Shown one piece after another: positions 28,293 to 37,959 of a stretch of 64,000 nt of DNA. The notes under the pieces are model-generated. The model worked only from the letters and a program-made list of their open reading frames with translations. It was not told the origin of the DNA and ran no database searches. How positions within the stretch are numbered: position 1 is the stretch's first letter; each line of letters starts with the position of its first letter. Source of the stretch: Candidatus Bathyarchaeia archaeon. Its GTDB lineage: Bacteria; Patescibacteriota; Microgenomatia; PFEM01; JAFGMK01. A program made the translations under genes and the position numbers. The stretch lies in NCBI GenBank assembly GCA_035529595.1, contig DATKWK010000023.1, positions 78,517-142,516 of the forward strand, in the 5' to 3' direction.

Positions 28293-28589
28293 GTGCAAAA
28301 GATCGGTCGGATTCTCTGGTGGTCCGTCGTAGTCGGCAGCTGTCTCGGCATAGTCATTTTCGCCAGCCTTCTGGCGAAAAGTTGTCGAGGTGAGGCTGTC
28401 GTTCAGCCACCGACCTCGGTCCCAACCGAGGCGTCGACTCCTCTGCCCGGGGCAGAAGTTTTACCTCAAGAGGTGCCAGTCGCGGCGCCTTCGGACGGGA
28501 GCGGAGAAGTCTTTCTAATCTGCGGAGCGACACTCCTCTTACTAATAGCAGTAGGAGTCCCGAAGCTCCGCAAATCGCTTAAAGGCTAA
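28293..28589 (+). CDS. Small bitopic membrane protein (98 aa, GTG start), GC about 55 %
   Basis: Two hydrophobic helices flank a Pro/Ala-rich segment. Followed by the terminator at 28587-28609. Confidence 0.4.
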   Translation: MQKIGRILWWSVVVGSCLGIVIFASLLAKSCRGEAVVQPPTSVPTEASTPLPGAEVLPQEVPVAAPSDGSGEVFLICGATLLLLIAVGVPKLRKSLKG

Positions 28590-28609
28590 CCCCTCGCTCG
28601 GGGTTTTTC
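28587..28609 (+). terminator. Intrinsic terminator
   Basis: AACCCCTCGCTCGGGGTTTTT. Confidence 0.6.
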
Positions 28610-28929
28610 ACTTATCCTGGTTGGCGGTTGGAGCCTGATCTTTTAAAAGAGGAGGATTTTTTGCCTTCCTTATTTTTGAAAGACCAGATCTATTGTTTTT
28701 TTATTTTTATTGCTCCAACCGCCAAGTTTTATCCCTTTTTTAGTCTTAATAAATTGATAATTGATCCCTCTTCCAGTAGAAAACCCAGCAATATTTTTAA
28801 TCGTGATACTTCAGAGATGTTATTAATCTCTAAATATGCAAAATTTTACTGATTACAGATTTTGAATTAATGATTACCAATTACTCTTCCCTATGCTATA
28901 CTGCCGGCAGGAGGTAGCCTGAAAAGTAT

Positions 28930-29982
28930 TTGATGTTTTTTGATAAATTTTGGCAATTTTTTACCCACGATCTGGGGATAGATTTGGGGACCGCCAATAC
29001 TCTGGTTTATATTGTAGGCAAAGGGGTTGTAATCCGTGAATCTTCGGTAGTGGCACGGCATAAGAAAACTAAGGAAATTCTTGCCATTGGAGCTAGTGCC
29101 AAAAAGATGATGGGTAAAACTCCGGGGACAATTGAAGCGATTAGGCCGTTAAAGAATGGTGTGATCGCTGATTTCGACGCCTGCGAGGTAATGCTTAAGA
29201 AGTATATCCAGTTAGTTCATCAATCAGGCCGATTGGTGCCGATGATTGCCAAACCCCGGGTAGTGATCGGCATTCCTTCCGGAGTAACCGAAGTAGAAAG
29301 AAGAGCCGTTCAGGAAGTAGCCCTTTCTGCCGGAGCCAGACAAGCCTATTTAATTGAAGAACCGATGGCGGCGGCCATCGGCTTGGGATTAGCGGTTCAG
29401 GAAGCCGAGGGTATTTTAGTGGTTGATATTGGTGGCGGAACTACGGAAATTGCCGTTATTTCACTTGGAGGGATTGTTGTCTCCAAATGTTTGCGTATTG
29501 CCGGGGATGAAATGGACGAGGCGATTATCAACTATATCCGTCTTAAGTATTCCCTGCTTTTGGGGCTAGCGACAGCCGAGGAAGTAAAGATTCAGATCGG
29601 TTCCGCCTCGCCCCAGAAGAAGGAAAAACATATCGTCGTGCGCGGTCGGGATCTTGAAGCGGGTCTGCCGAAGTCAGTAAAGCTTTCCTCGACCGAGGTA
29701 AGAGAAGCATTAGCGCCGGTAGTGCGCCGGATCATTGACAGCATTTCGGCGGTGCTTGAGGAAACGCCGCCCGAATTAACCTCCGATATTATTAAAAGAG
29801 GAATTAGCCTCTGCGGTGGTGGATCATTACTGGCAGGAATTGACGAAGTGATCATTGAGGCGACTAAGATTCCGGTCTGGCGAACCGAAAATCCAATGGA
29901 TATGGTTGTCCTGGGTTGTAGTAAGGTTTTGGCCGATCCTGAGCTTTTACAAAAAGTGAAGGTTAGTGGAGGATTAAGGTGA
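28930..29982 (+). CDS. mreB: Rod shape-determining protein MreB (actin-like ATPase)
   Basis: GIDLGTANTLVYIVGKG... (phosphate-1), DIGGGTTEIAVIS (phosphate-2), ISLCGGGSLL (adenosine motif). Confidence 0.9.
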   Translation: MMFFDKFWQFFTHDLGIDLGTANTLVYIVGKGVVIRESSVVARHKKTKEILAIGASAKKMMGKTPGTIEAIRPLKNGVIADFDACEVMLKKYIQLVHQSGRLVPMIAKPRVVIGIPSGVTEVERRAVQEVALSAGARQAYLIEEPMAAAIGLGLAVQEAEGILVVDIGGGTTEIAVISLGGIVVSKCLRIAGDEMDEAIINYIRLKYSLLLGLATAEEVKIQIGSASPQKKEKHIVVRGRDLEAGLPKSVKLSSTEVREALAPVVRRIIDSISAVLEETPPELTSDIIKRGISLCGGGSLLAGIDEVIIEATKIPVWRTENPMDMVVLGCSKVLADPELLQKVKVSGGLR

Positions 29983-30566
29983 CTTATAATCGCCAAATTA
30001 TGATGGCAAAAATAATCTCGCTTGTTTTCAGCCCGGTGCTTACCGTTGGCATGGGAATGCAGCTGCTGCTTTATTTCACTTTCGATCAGGGATGGCTTGG
30101 TTGGTGGCAATTAATGATATTGTCGCTGGTAATTATTTATTTTCCGCTGACTTATTTTTTTATTTCGATCGCCAAAGGCAGGATCGATGCCGATTTGACC
30201 AAACGACAAGCGCGATTACGTTTTTTGGTTTTCGGATTGGCTTGTGGTTTCCTGGGTTTATTCTTAAGTTTTTACTTTTCTGCCTATCTTTTCCGAGTTT
30301 TTTTAGCCTTAACCATCACGGCTTTGGCTTTTGTTCTAGTTACCTTCTGGGACAGGGCAAGTATTCATGTTGGCGGGTCAACGTCATTTTATCTGGTTTT
30401 GAATCTATTATCGCAGTGGCGTTATTTTTATTTATTACCCATAATTCCTTTAGTAGGCTGGGCCCGGCTATTTTTGGGTAAACATGAAACCGCTCAGATT
30501 TTTGAGGGTTTTGTGATTCCCCTAATAGCAATCCCGGCCGGTTTTTACCTTTTACAAATTACTTAG
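29979..30566 (+). CDS. Polytopic membrane protein (195 aa) inserted between mreB and mreC; hypothetical
   Basis: 5-6 TM helices; start overlaps the mreB stop. Confidence 0.4.
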   Translation: MTYNRQIMMAKIISLVFSPVLTVGMGMQLLLYFTFDQGWLGWWQLMILSLVIIYFPLTYFFISIAKGRIDADLTKRQARLRFLVFGLACGFLGLFLSFYFSAYLFRVFLALTITALAFVLVTFWDRASIHVGGSTSFYLVLNLLSQWRYFYLLPIIPLVGWARLFLGKHETAQIFEGFVIPLIAIPAGFYLLQIT

Positions 30567-30568
30567 TA

Positions 30569-31405
30569 ATGAGTAATAAAGATATACGAAAAGCAGTAAA
30601 ACCTTTTTTAATTCTCTTTCTTTTAAGTTTAATAATTATGTATTCCACCAAGTTTGCCTTGGTTAAGAAAGCGCGTAGTTTATTAGATCGTCCGATTTTG
30701 TTTTTACAAAGAAGCGTTTTTTCCGCCAGGCAGAAACTTGGAGATTCGTTAGTTATTTTAAGAAGTGGGCAAGAAAAGTATCAAGAAAAAACATTACTTG
30801 AAGAAAAAACCCGTAATTTAGCCGTTACTTCAGGTCAGTTATCTGTTTGCCGTGAAGAAAGTGCGGCAATGCGTCGCCTTCTGGCAGCACCGCTGCCGCC
30901 GGCCTGGAATTTTATCCCGGCAAAAGTGATCGGTCGTTACCAACAGTTAAAGATTAATGTCGGAAAAAAAGCCGGGGTTGAGTCGGGAATGGTAGTAATT
31001 GCTGATGAGATTCTGGTTGGGAAAATCGACACTGCCGGAGACTATACCAGCAGCGTTATTCTGGTGACTGATTCGTCAGTAAAAATTCCGGTGGTAATTA
31101 GAACTCCCGGGAACCCGGGGATCAAAGCCCGGGGTCTGATAAATGGCTATTTTGACGAACGTTTAAGCCTTTCGGAGGTCTTAAAAAGCGAAGATATTAA
31201 AGAAGGGGACCTCGTTTTTTCCAGCGGCGAAGACAAATCGCCCGACAGTGAAATAGATTGGCTGCCTGATTTGCTAATTGGCAAGATAGACAAAGTTGAA
31301 GAAGGAAAAGAGAAAGTTTTTAAAAAAGCGTGGGCTTATTCTTTACTTGACTTGCAAAATCTGAGGTATGTTTTTGTGGTTAAGGTAGTTCAAATTAAGA
31401 AATGA
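30569..31405 (+). CDS. mreC: Rod shape-determining protein MreC
   Basis: N-terminal TM + coiled coil + beta-domain (...GMVVIADEILVGKIDTAGDYTSSVILVTDSS...). Position between mreB and mreD. Confidence 0.7.
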   Translation: MSNKDIRKAVKPFLILFLLSLIIMYSTKFALVKKARSLLDRPILFLQRSVFSARQKLGDSLVILRSGQEKYQEKTLLEEKTRNLAVTSGQLSVCREESAAMRRLLAAPLPPAWNFIPAKVIGRYQQLKINVGKKAGVESGMVVIADEILVGKIDTAGDYTSSVILVTDSSVKIPVVIRTPGNPGIKARGLINGYFDERLSLSEVLKSEDIKEGDLVFSSGEDKSPDSEIDWLPDLLIGKIDKVEEGKEKVFKKAWAYSLLDLQNLRYVFVVKVVQIKK

Positions 31406-31833
31406 GTTTCACCGTCTTGATATTAATTACATTTGTAATGCTTCTGGTACAGACTACCCTGATACCCTTTGACTGGGCTCTAGTTCTGGTTTTATCAGAA
31501 GCGCTGCTCGCGAAAGATAAGGAAATTGCCTGGCTGGCTTTTGTTACCGGTTTGCTTCTTGATCTTTTTTTAGGTAAACCCTGGGGACTTTCCAGCGCCG
31601 CTTTATTAATTATTGCTTTCTTGGTTTTTTCCGTTAGGCGTTATTTATTAACCCGGAAGCTTATAGTGGTTTATATGATAGCTTTTTTTGGCGAATTTTT
31701 CTTTAATTATTTATTGTTTCGCTCTTTTAATCTTCTCAGGGCTGGTTTTTTTGCTATGGTTTTTTCCCTGGTCTACTTTTTTTTCTCGGCCAAGGAAATC
31801 AAAGATAATCAGGAGCTGAAACTTAAAATTTAA
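31402..31833 (+). CDS. mreD: Rod shape-determining protein MreD (small polytopic membrane protein)
   Basis: 143 aa, 4-5 TM helices, translationally coupled to mreC, precedes PBP2. Confidence 0.55.
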   Translation: MSFTVLILITFVMLLVQTTLIPFDWALVLVLSEALLAKDKEIAWLAFVTGLLLDLFLGKPWGLSSAALLIIAFLVFSVRRYLLTRKLIVVYMIAFFGEFFFNYLLFRSFNLLRAGFFAMVFSLVYFFFSAKEIKDNQELKLKI

Positions 31834-31840
31834 GCAAAAA

Positions 31841-33457
31841 ATGACGGAAAAGAAAAACAGGGTTTTTTTCTTATCATGGCTGCAACTGCTTTTTTTCCTG
31901 GTGCTGGTTGCCCGATTAATCGAGCTTCAATTAATCGAAGGGGAGAAGAATCGGATTCTGGCTGATGAAAACCGAGTGAGGAGAAATATTCTACCGGCCG
32001 GCAGGGGAATCATTTTCGATCGGCAAGGTTTGCCTCTGGTTGAGAATATTCCTCTGTATCGTTATCAAGAAGGCAGCCAAGAAACAAGTTTTAAAAGTAT
32101 TGACCGGCAGACTGCTCTTAAAATTGAATCCCAAGGAGAGAGCGAGGCAAATAAGATCAAGGTTGGTGTTGGCAGAAAATATCTTTATGGAGAAATTCTT
32201 TCACACTTACTCGGCTACATCGGCCAGGTCTCCGAGGAGGAGATTTCATCAGCACATAATGTCCGGCAAGCAGGCGATCTGGTTGGCCGGGGAGGGATTG
32301 AGCAGCAATACGATGCTTTACTTAGAGGAAAGGCCGGCGCGGAAATTTCGGAGACCGATGCTATAGGTGAAAAAGTTAGAACCATTGGAAGAATTGAGCC
32401 GCAAGCCGGTCAGGACTTGCACCTGTCGGTTGATCTTAGGCTGGCTCAAATTGCTCACGAAGCATTAGGCGAACAAGCCGGTGCGATTATTGCTTCCGAA
32501 GTTAAAACCGGCCAGATTCTTTGCCTTGAATCTTTACCGTCTTTTGACCCGAACAAACTTTCCTTAGGAATCAGCACCGAAGAGTATCAGCAAATCCTTG
32601 AAGATCCGCGTAAACCTTTCTTTAACCGAGCCATCGGCGGTGCATATCCGCCCGGTTCGACTTTTAAAATTGTTACCGCCGCCGCCGGTTTAGAGGAAGA
32701 CAAGATTACCGGCAGTACTTTAATTGATGATCCGGGCGTAATAAATGTCGGCCCTTTCAGTTACCGGAATTGGTACTTCACCCAGTATGGCCGGACGGAA
32801 GGCGAGATTAATATCGTCCGGGCTCTTAAGCGTTCAACCGATACTTTCTTTTATCAGTTAGGGGAACGACTCGGTGCCGATCGCCTTTCTGCTTGGGCGA
32901 AGAATTTCGGTCTGGGACAGTTAACCCGGATCGACCTGCCGGGCGAAGTGACCGGTTTGGTGCCTAATCCTGATTGGAAGGAGAAAGTTCGGGGCGAACC
33001 TTGGTTCCTGGGTAACACCTACCATTTTGCCATCGGTCAGGCGGATCTTACGGTTACTCCTCTGCAAATAAATATGATGACTTCCGTGATTGCTGCTAAC
33101 GGTTTGCTTTGCCAACCCGGAATAATTAAGCAGAGCGATTTTAAGCAAGATAATTGCCGTGATTTGAAATTGAAAAAAGCAACACTTCAATTAATTAAGG
33201 AGGGAATGAAAGAAGCCTGTTCGTCTGGGGGGACGGCTTTTCCCTTGTTTGATTTTCGGCCGCAGGTAGCCTGCAAAACCGGTACCGCTGAGTTTGGCGA
33301 TCCTAAAGACCGGACTCATGCTTGGTTGACGGTCTTTGCTCCGGCGGATGATCCGGAAATCGTCATGACCGTTCTGGTTGAAGCCGGCGGCGAAGGATCT
33401 TCAGTCGCCGCCCCGATTGCCAAAAAAATTCTTGAGGCGTGGTTTAAAAAAGGCTAA
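31841..33457 (+). CDS. mrdA: Penicillin-binding protein 2 (class B transpeptidase)
   Basis: N-terminal TM; SxxK = PPGSTFKIV; SxN region; KTGTAE (KTG motif). Genomic context mreBCD-mrdA. Confidence 0.85.
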   Translation: MTEKKNRVFFLSWLQLLFFLVLVARLIELQLIEGEKNRILADENRVRRNILPAGRGIIFDRQGLPLVENIPLYRYQEGSQETSFKSIDRQTALKIESQGESEANKIKVGVGRKYLYGEILSHLLGYIGQVSEEEISSAHNVRQAGDLVGRGGIEQQYDALLRGKAGAEISETDAIGEKVRTIGRIEPQAGQDLHLSVDLRLAQIAHEALGEQAGAIIASEVKTGQILCLESLPSFDPNKLSLGISTEEYQQILEDPRKPFFNRAIGGAYPPGSTFKIVTAAAGLEEDKITGSTLIDDPGVINVGPFSYRNWYFTQYGRTEGEINIVRALKRSTDTFFYQLGERLGADRLSAWAKNFGLGQLTRIDLPGEVTGLVPNPDWKEKVRGEPWFLGNTYHFAIGQADLTVTPLQINMMTSVIAANGLLCQPGIIKQSDFKQDNCRDLKLKKATLQLIKEGMKEACSSGGTAFPLFDFRPQVACKTGTAEFGDPKDRTHAWLTVFAPADDPEIVMTVLVEAGGEGSSVAAPIAKKILEAWFKKG

Positions 33458-33502
33458 GTATCTTTTCTTGACCTTCTTTCTTTAATCCCTTAAAGTTAAG
33501 AA

Positions 33503-34612
33503 ATGCCCAACGGAAATTTTGACCTTGATGAAGAGCGGCTTTATTGGCTGGCTTTTTCGGTTTTTGTCGGTATCGGTCCGAAAAGATTTGCCCTTTTAAA
33601 AAATTATTTCGGCTCGGCTAAAAAAGCCTGGCAGGCAAATCCGAATGAGTTGACAAGGATAGGCCTTGGCTCTTTATTATCAAGGCAACTGGCAGAGTTC
33701 CGGAAAAAATTCGATCCTTTAATTTATTACAGAGATTTACGAAGGCAGGGTTTTAATTGTCTTTTCTTAGACCAGCTTGATTATCCGGAAAACCTTGTCA
33801 GAATCGAGAGTCCGCCTTTCGTTTTGTACGTCTGGGGGCAAATTGAGAAAAAAGACAGGCTGGCTCTGGCGGTTGTCGGAACACGCAAAATGACCGGTTA
33901 TGGCGGCCAGGTAACTGAAAGTTTGGTAACTGATCTAGCCGCTGCCGGTCTCACTATTGTTTCCGGGCTGGCTCGGGGAGTGGATTCGATGGCCCACCAA
34001 AGCGTTCTTTCTGCCGGCGGCCGGACTATCGCCGTTTTGGGTTCGTCTTTGGATTGGATTTATCCCCGGGAAAATCAAGATCTAGCCAGAAAAATTGCCG
34101 CTGGTCGGGGAGCGGTCATTTCTGAATATCCTCTTGGCACCCAACCCTATCTCGGTAATTTTCCGGCGCGTAATCGAATTATTTCCGGCTTAAGTCTGGG
34201 AACCTTAGTGGTCGAGGGTGGTGAGAAGTCCGGCAGTTTAATTACCGCCCGTTTGGCTGCCGAGCAGGGAAGGGAAGTTTTTGCTGTTCCCGGCCCGATT
34301 TATAATCCGGGGACCAAAGGGCCGGCTTATCTCGTTCGACTGGGAGCAAAATTGGTCTTGTCCGTGGATGATATACTTGAGGAATTAAATCTTGGTACCC
34401 GGAAAGGAACTTCGGAAAAACAGCCAATTCTTTCTGATTCGGCTGAAGAAAGTTTGCTTTTGACACTATTGGAGAAAGAAGCTAAACATATTGATCAACT
34501 GGTCAGAGAATCAGGATTGACAACGGCTCAAGTTACCAGTTTAATGACAATGATGGAAATTAAGGGCAAAATAAAAGATATGGGGGGACTGGTTTATATA
34601 ATCAAAAAATAA
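33503..34612 (+). CDS. dprA: DNA-processing protein DprA (Smf)
   Basis: Rossmann-like DprA core: VVGTRKMTGYGGQVTE...IVSGLARGVDSMAHQ...VLGSSLDWIYPREN...LVVEGGEKSGSLITA; C-terminal winged-helix-like region. Confidence 0.8.
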   Translation: MPNGNFDLDEERLYWLAFSVFVGIGPKRFALLKNYFGSAKKAWQANPNELTRIGLGSLLSRQLAEFRKKFDPLIYYRDLRRQGFNCLFLDQLDYPENLVRIESPPFVLYVWGQIEKKDRLALAVVGTRKMTGYGGQVTESLVTDLAAAGLTIVSGLARGVDSMAHQSVLSAGGRTIAVLGSSLDWIYPRENQDLARKIAAGRGAVISEYPLGTQPYLGNFPARNRIISGLSLGTLVVEGGEKSGSLITARLAAEQGREVFAVPGPIYNPGTKGPAYLVRLGAKLVLSVDDILEELNLGTRKGTSEKQPILSDSAEESLLLTLLEKEAKHIDQLVRESGLTTAQVTSLMTMMEIKGKIKDMGGLVYIIKK

Positions 34613-34624
34613 AAAAGAAAAATT

Positions 34625-36631
34625 ATGGATCTAATTATTGTTGAATCACCGACTAAAGCGCGCACTATCTCCCTTTTTATCAAGGGTGATTATTCTATTC
34701 TGGCGACAATGGGCCATATCCGGGATTTGCCGAAAAAAAAATTAGGCGTCGAAGTCGAAAAGGATTTCCAACCCCAATACGTTCAATTACCGGGCAAGAA
34801 AGCAGTCATTAGGAATTTGGAAGAAGCGATCGGCAGAGCAAAAAAAGTCTATCTGGCCACCGATCCGGATCGGGAAGGAGAGGCGATCGCCTATCACGTA
34901 ACGACGCTAGGACCAAAAACCAAATTTTTAAGGATTACCTTTCACGAAATAACCGGTACGGCAATTCAAAAAGCCTTAAGCGACCCGGGGGCGATTAATA
35001 TGCCGCTAGTGAATGCCCAGCAGGCACGTCGGATTCTGGATCGGTTAGTCGGCTACAAACTTTCTCCTCTTCTGTGGCGCAAAATCAGGATCGGTTTGTC
35101 AGCCGGCCGGGTGCAGTCGGTTGCCGTCAGGTTAATCGTTGATCGCGAGAGGGAAATTGAAAAATTTATTCCTGAAGAGTATTGGGAAATTGCCTGTCAA
35201 TTGCGGAAAAGATCCAAACGGAAGAAAGGCGATGAGCCCTCTTTTATAGCGAAGCTGGTTAAAAAGAACGGTAAATCGATTAAAGTAAAAAATAAAACGG
35301 CAGCCGAAGAGGTTGTCGAAGACTTAAATAAAGCCGGTTTTAGAGTCGAGAAGGTGGAACAAAAGGAAATTAAGAATTCACCCCCGCCTCCGTTTATAAC
35401 CTCGACTCTCCAGCGGACGGCTTTTGCCAAACTCGGTTTCACCAGTAAGCAAACAATGCAGCTGGCTCAATCGCTTTACGAAAAGGGTTTAATTACCTAC
35501 CACCGGACTGATTCGGTCGCTTTATCCGGTGAAGCGTTAGGGAAAATCAGGGAGTCTATTAAGCTGAAATACGGTGACCGGTACTTACCCGAAACTCCCC
35601 GGTATTATAAAACCAGGTCTAAAGTTGCCCAGGAAGCCCACGAGGCAATCAGGCCGACAGATTTTCAATCCCAAATTCCCGATAATAAATTTCAAAATGG
35701 GCAGGAAAAAAAGCTTTTTGGCCTGATTTTCAAGCGTACTGTCGCTTCACAAATAAAACCGTCAGTTTTTGATCAAACCAAGGTTTTTGTTAAGACAGAA
35801 AAACTCGCTAATCTTTATTTGCTTCTGGCTGAAGGCAAACTGGTCAAATTCGATGGTTGGCTGGTTGTTTATAGCCAAATTAAAAATGAAGCAGGTAAGG
35901 AATGCCTGCCACTTCTCAAGCCGAATGACGAACTGGTTTTGCTTAAGGTTTTGTCTGAACAAAAGTTTACCCAGCCCCCCGGTCGTTATAATGAGGCGAC
36001 TTTAATTAAAGCGCTTGAGGATAAAGACATCGGTCGGCCTTCTACCTATGCACCGATCATTGCCACCATCCAGCTAAGACAATATGTTGAAAAGGAAGAG
36101 AAAAAATTTAAACCGACGTCTTTAGGAATCACGGTTAATGATTTTTTACTTAAGTATTTTCCTCATGTTTTTGATTATAGTTTCACGGCTCAAATGGAAG
36201 ATGAGTTGGATGATATTGCCAGAGGCAAAAAAAATTGGGTGGTTACTGTGACTGATTTTTATCAGCCTTTTAGCCAGAAATTAACAGAAGTACTTGAGGT
36301 AGCGGAAAGAGTTAAGATTCCGGCCGAAGCAACCGGTCAAAAATGTCCTAAATGCCAAAGTACCCTGGCTGCCGGTGAGCAGGGAGAACTAGTTATCAAA
36401 GTCGGGAGATTTGGAAAATTCATTGCCTGCTCCCGGTTTCCAAAATGCGATTACCGGGCCAGTTATGTGGAAAAATTACCGGGGATAAAATGTCCGGAAT
36501 GCGGAGGAGAAATAGTAATTAAAAAAACCAAAAGAGGGAAGAAATTTTACGGTTGTTCCAATTATCCCAAATGTAAATGGGCCAGCTGGCGGAAACCAAT
36601 GATTGTGATCAACAACACCGGCAAGCGCTAG
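34625..36631 (+). CDS. topA: DNA topoisomerase I with C-terminal zinc-ribbon repeats
   Basis: Toprim start MDLIIVESPTKARTI; catalytic-Tyr region LITYHRTDS; C-terminal CPKC...C..C zinc fingers (x2). Confidence 0.9.
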   Translation: MDLIIVESPTKARTISLFIKGDYSILATMGHIRDLPKKKLGVEVEKDFQPQYVQLPGKKAVIRNLEEAIGRAKKVYLATDPDREGEAIAYHVTTLGPKTKFLRITFHEITGTAIQKALSDPGAINMPLVNAQQARRILDRLVGYKLSPLLWRKIRIGLSAGRVQSVAVRLIVDREREIEKFIPEEYWEIACQLRKRSKRKKGDEPSFIAKLVKKNGKSIKVKNKTAAEEVVEDLNKAGFRVEKVEQKEIKNSPPPPFITSTLQRTAFAKLGFTSKQTMQLAQSLYEKGLITYHRTDSVALSGEALGKIRESIKLKYGDRYLPETPRYYKTRSKVAQEAHEAIRPTDFQSQIPDNKFQNGQEKKLFGLIFKRTVASQIKPSVFDQTKVFVKTEKLANLYLLLAEGKLVKFDGWLVVYSQIKNEAGKECLPLLKPNDELVLLKVLSEQKFTQPPGRYNEATLIKALEDKDIGRPSTYAPIIATIQLRQYVEKEEKKFKPTSLGITVNDFLLKYFPHVFDYSFTAQMEDELDDIARGKKNWVVTVTDFYQPFSQKLTEVLEVAERVKIPAEATGQKCPKCQSTLAAGEQGELVIKVGRFGKFIACSRFPKCDYRASYVEKLPGIKCPECGGEIVIKKTKRGKKFYGCSNYPKCKWASWRKPMIVINNTGKR

Positions 36632-36648
36632 CAGGCTTTAAACACGGC

Positions 36649-37959
36649 ATGATCAAACGAATGAAAATTTCTCCTTTTATGTTTAGTCGGGAAGAAAAGA
36701 TCAAGGGTAAAATCTTAATTTTATCTCAGGAAATTTACCCGCAAGTTTGTATTGGCGGATTAGGAAAGTTCGTTGCTGGAATCAGTCACGGTATGCAAGA
36801 CCTCGGTTGGGAAACAACTGTTTTCTTGCCCGAAAATCAAAATCCGGTTTATCTTCCCTATTATTTACCGGAAGCAAAAGCAAGAAGTAGAACCTTGGTA
36901 AAAAAAGCTTTGAGCTGGTGCTGCAATCACCTTTGGTGGCCAAATTGGCTTTGGGTTCAAGATTGGGAAGGTGCTTATCAGGCCGAAGTGTGGCGGCAGC
37001 AAGCGAGGGGAGTTTCTCAATCGGAAACTAAGATAATTTGGACAATTCACAGTCCGCTGACAACCGCCGGTGCAGGCTATAATTATGGTTACCAAGATTT
37101 TAACCAGCCAGATGAGCCGATTGATTGGGGTGATGATTTCTTTGATTTTGCCGCTTTGATTGAAAAAGGCATCTCCAACGTTGACTTAATCAGCACTGTT
37201 TCGTTTTCGTTTGCCAGGAAATTAACCAGGTGTGAATTATTTTCTCAGGCAGATCAGATTTGTGGGATTAATAATGGAATCGATAGTCGGGAATGGGACC
37301 CGTATCACGATAAACAAATTAGCTTTTGCCTTAAAGACAGCTGGCCGGAATTTAAGTTGGTCAACAAAAGAGTCCTTCAGAGAATTTTCGGCTTGCCGCA
37401 GAGGAATGAGCCGGTTTTTGCCTTTGTTTCCCGGTTAGTACCGCAAAAAGGTATCGATCTATTGATAGAAGTTTTACCTGGAATATTGGCTAAAAATCGG
37501 ATTCAGTTGATAGTTGTTGGCCAAGGCTTAACCAGGTACCAATCCTTTTTTGCCCGATTGAAATCCGATTTTCCACAAAAACTTGGCTTATGTCTCCAAT
37601 CAGAATTTCGATTGCCTCATCAAGTTTTTGCGGGTGCAGATTTTCTGATTTTGCCTTCATTTTCTGAACCGTTTGGTATTGTTGTTGCTGAGGCGCGCCA
37701 ATACGGAGTTATCCCAATAGTAAGCGACGTCGACGGCTTAGCAGATCAAGTTCGAAATGATATTGACGGCTTAACCTTTGAAACAGGTAACGTTAATTTA
37801 TTAGCCGGTAAAATCTATGAAGCATTGAGGCTTTTTGGTAGTTCGTCTTATTGGACTCTAAGTAGTAATGGCCGGAATCGAGTTGAGGACTGGCTAGAAA
37901 TTGCGGCACGATATGAGTTTTACTTGGCAGGAGCAGATCAGCAAAGGTATCCCTCTTGA
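36649..37959 (+). CDS. GT4-family (GT-B) glycosyltransferase
   Basis: N-terminal ...EIYPQVCIGGLGKFVAGIS... (glycogen-synthase-like G-rich loop) and C-terminal LPSFSEPFGIVVAEARQYGVIPIVSDVDGLADQV (E-x7-E motif region). Start at the first ATG after the topA stop. Confidence 0.7.
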   Translation: MIKRMKISPFMFSREEKIKGKILILSQEIYPQVCIGGLGKFVAGISHGMQDLGWETTVFLPENQNPVYLPYYLPEAKARSRTLVKKALSWCCNHLWWPNWLWVQDWEGAYQAEVWRQQARGVSQSETKIIWTIHSPLTTAGAGYNYGYQDFNQPDEPIDWGDDFFDFAALIEKGISNVDLISTVSFSFARKLTRCELFSQADQICGINNGIDSREWDPYHDKQISFCLKDSWPEFKLVNKRVLQRIFGLPQRNEPVFAFVSRLVPQKGIDLLIEVLPGILAKNRIQLIVVGQGLTRYQSFFARLKSDFPQKLGLCLQSEFRLPHQVFAGADFLILPSFSEPFGIVVAEARQYGVIPIVSDVDGLADQVRNDIDGLTFETGNVNLLAGKIYEALRLFGSSSYWTLSSNGRNRVEDWLEIAARYEFYLAGADQQRYPS

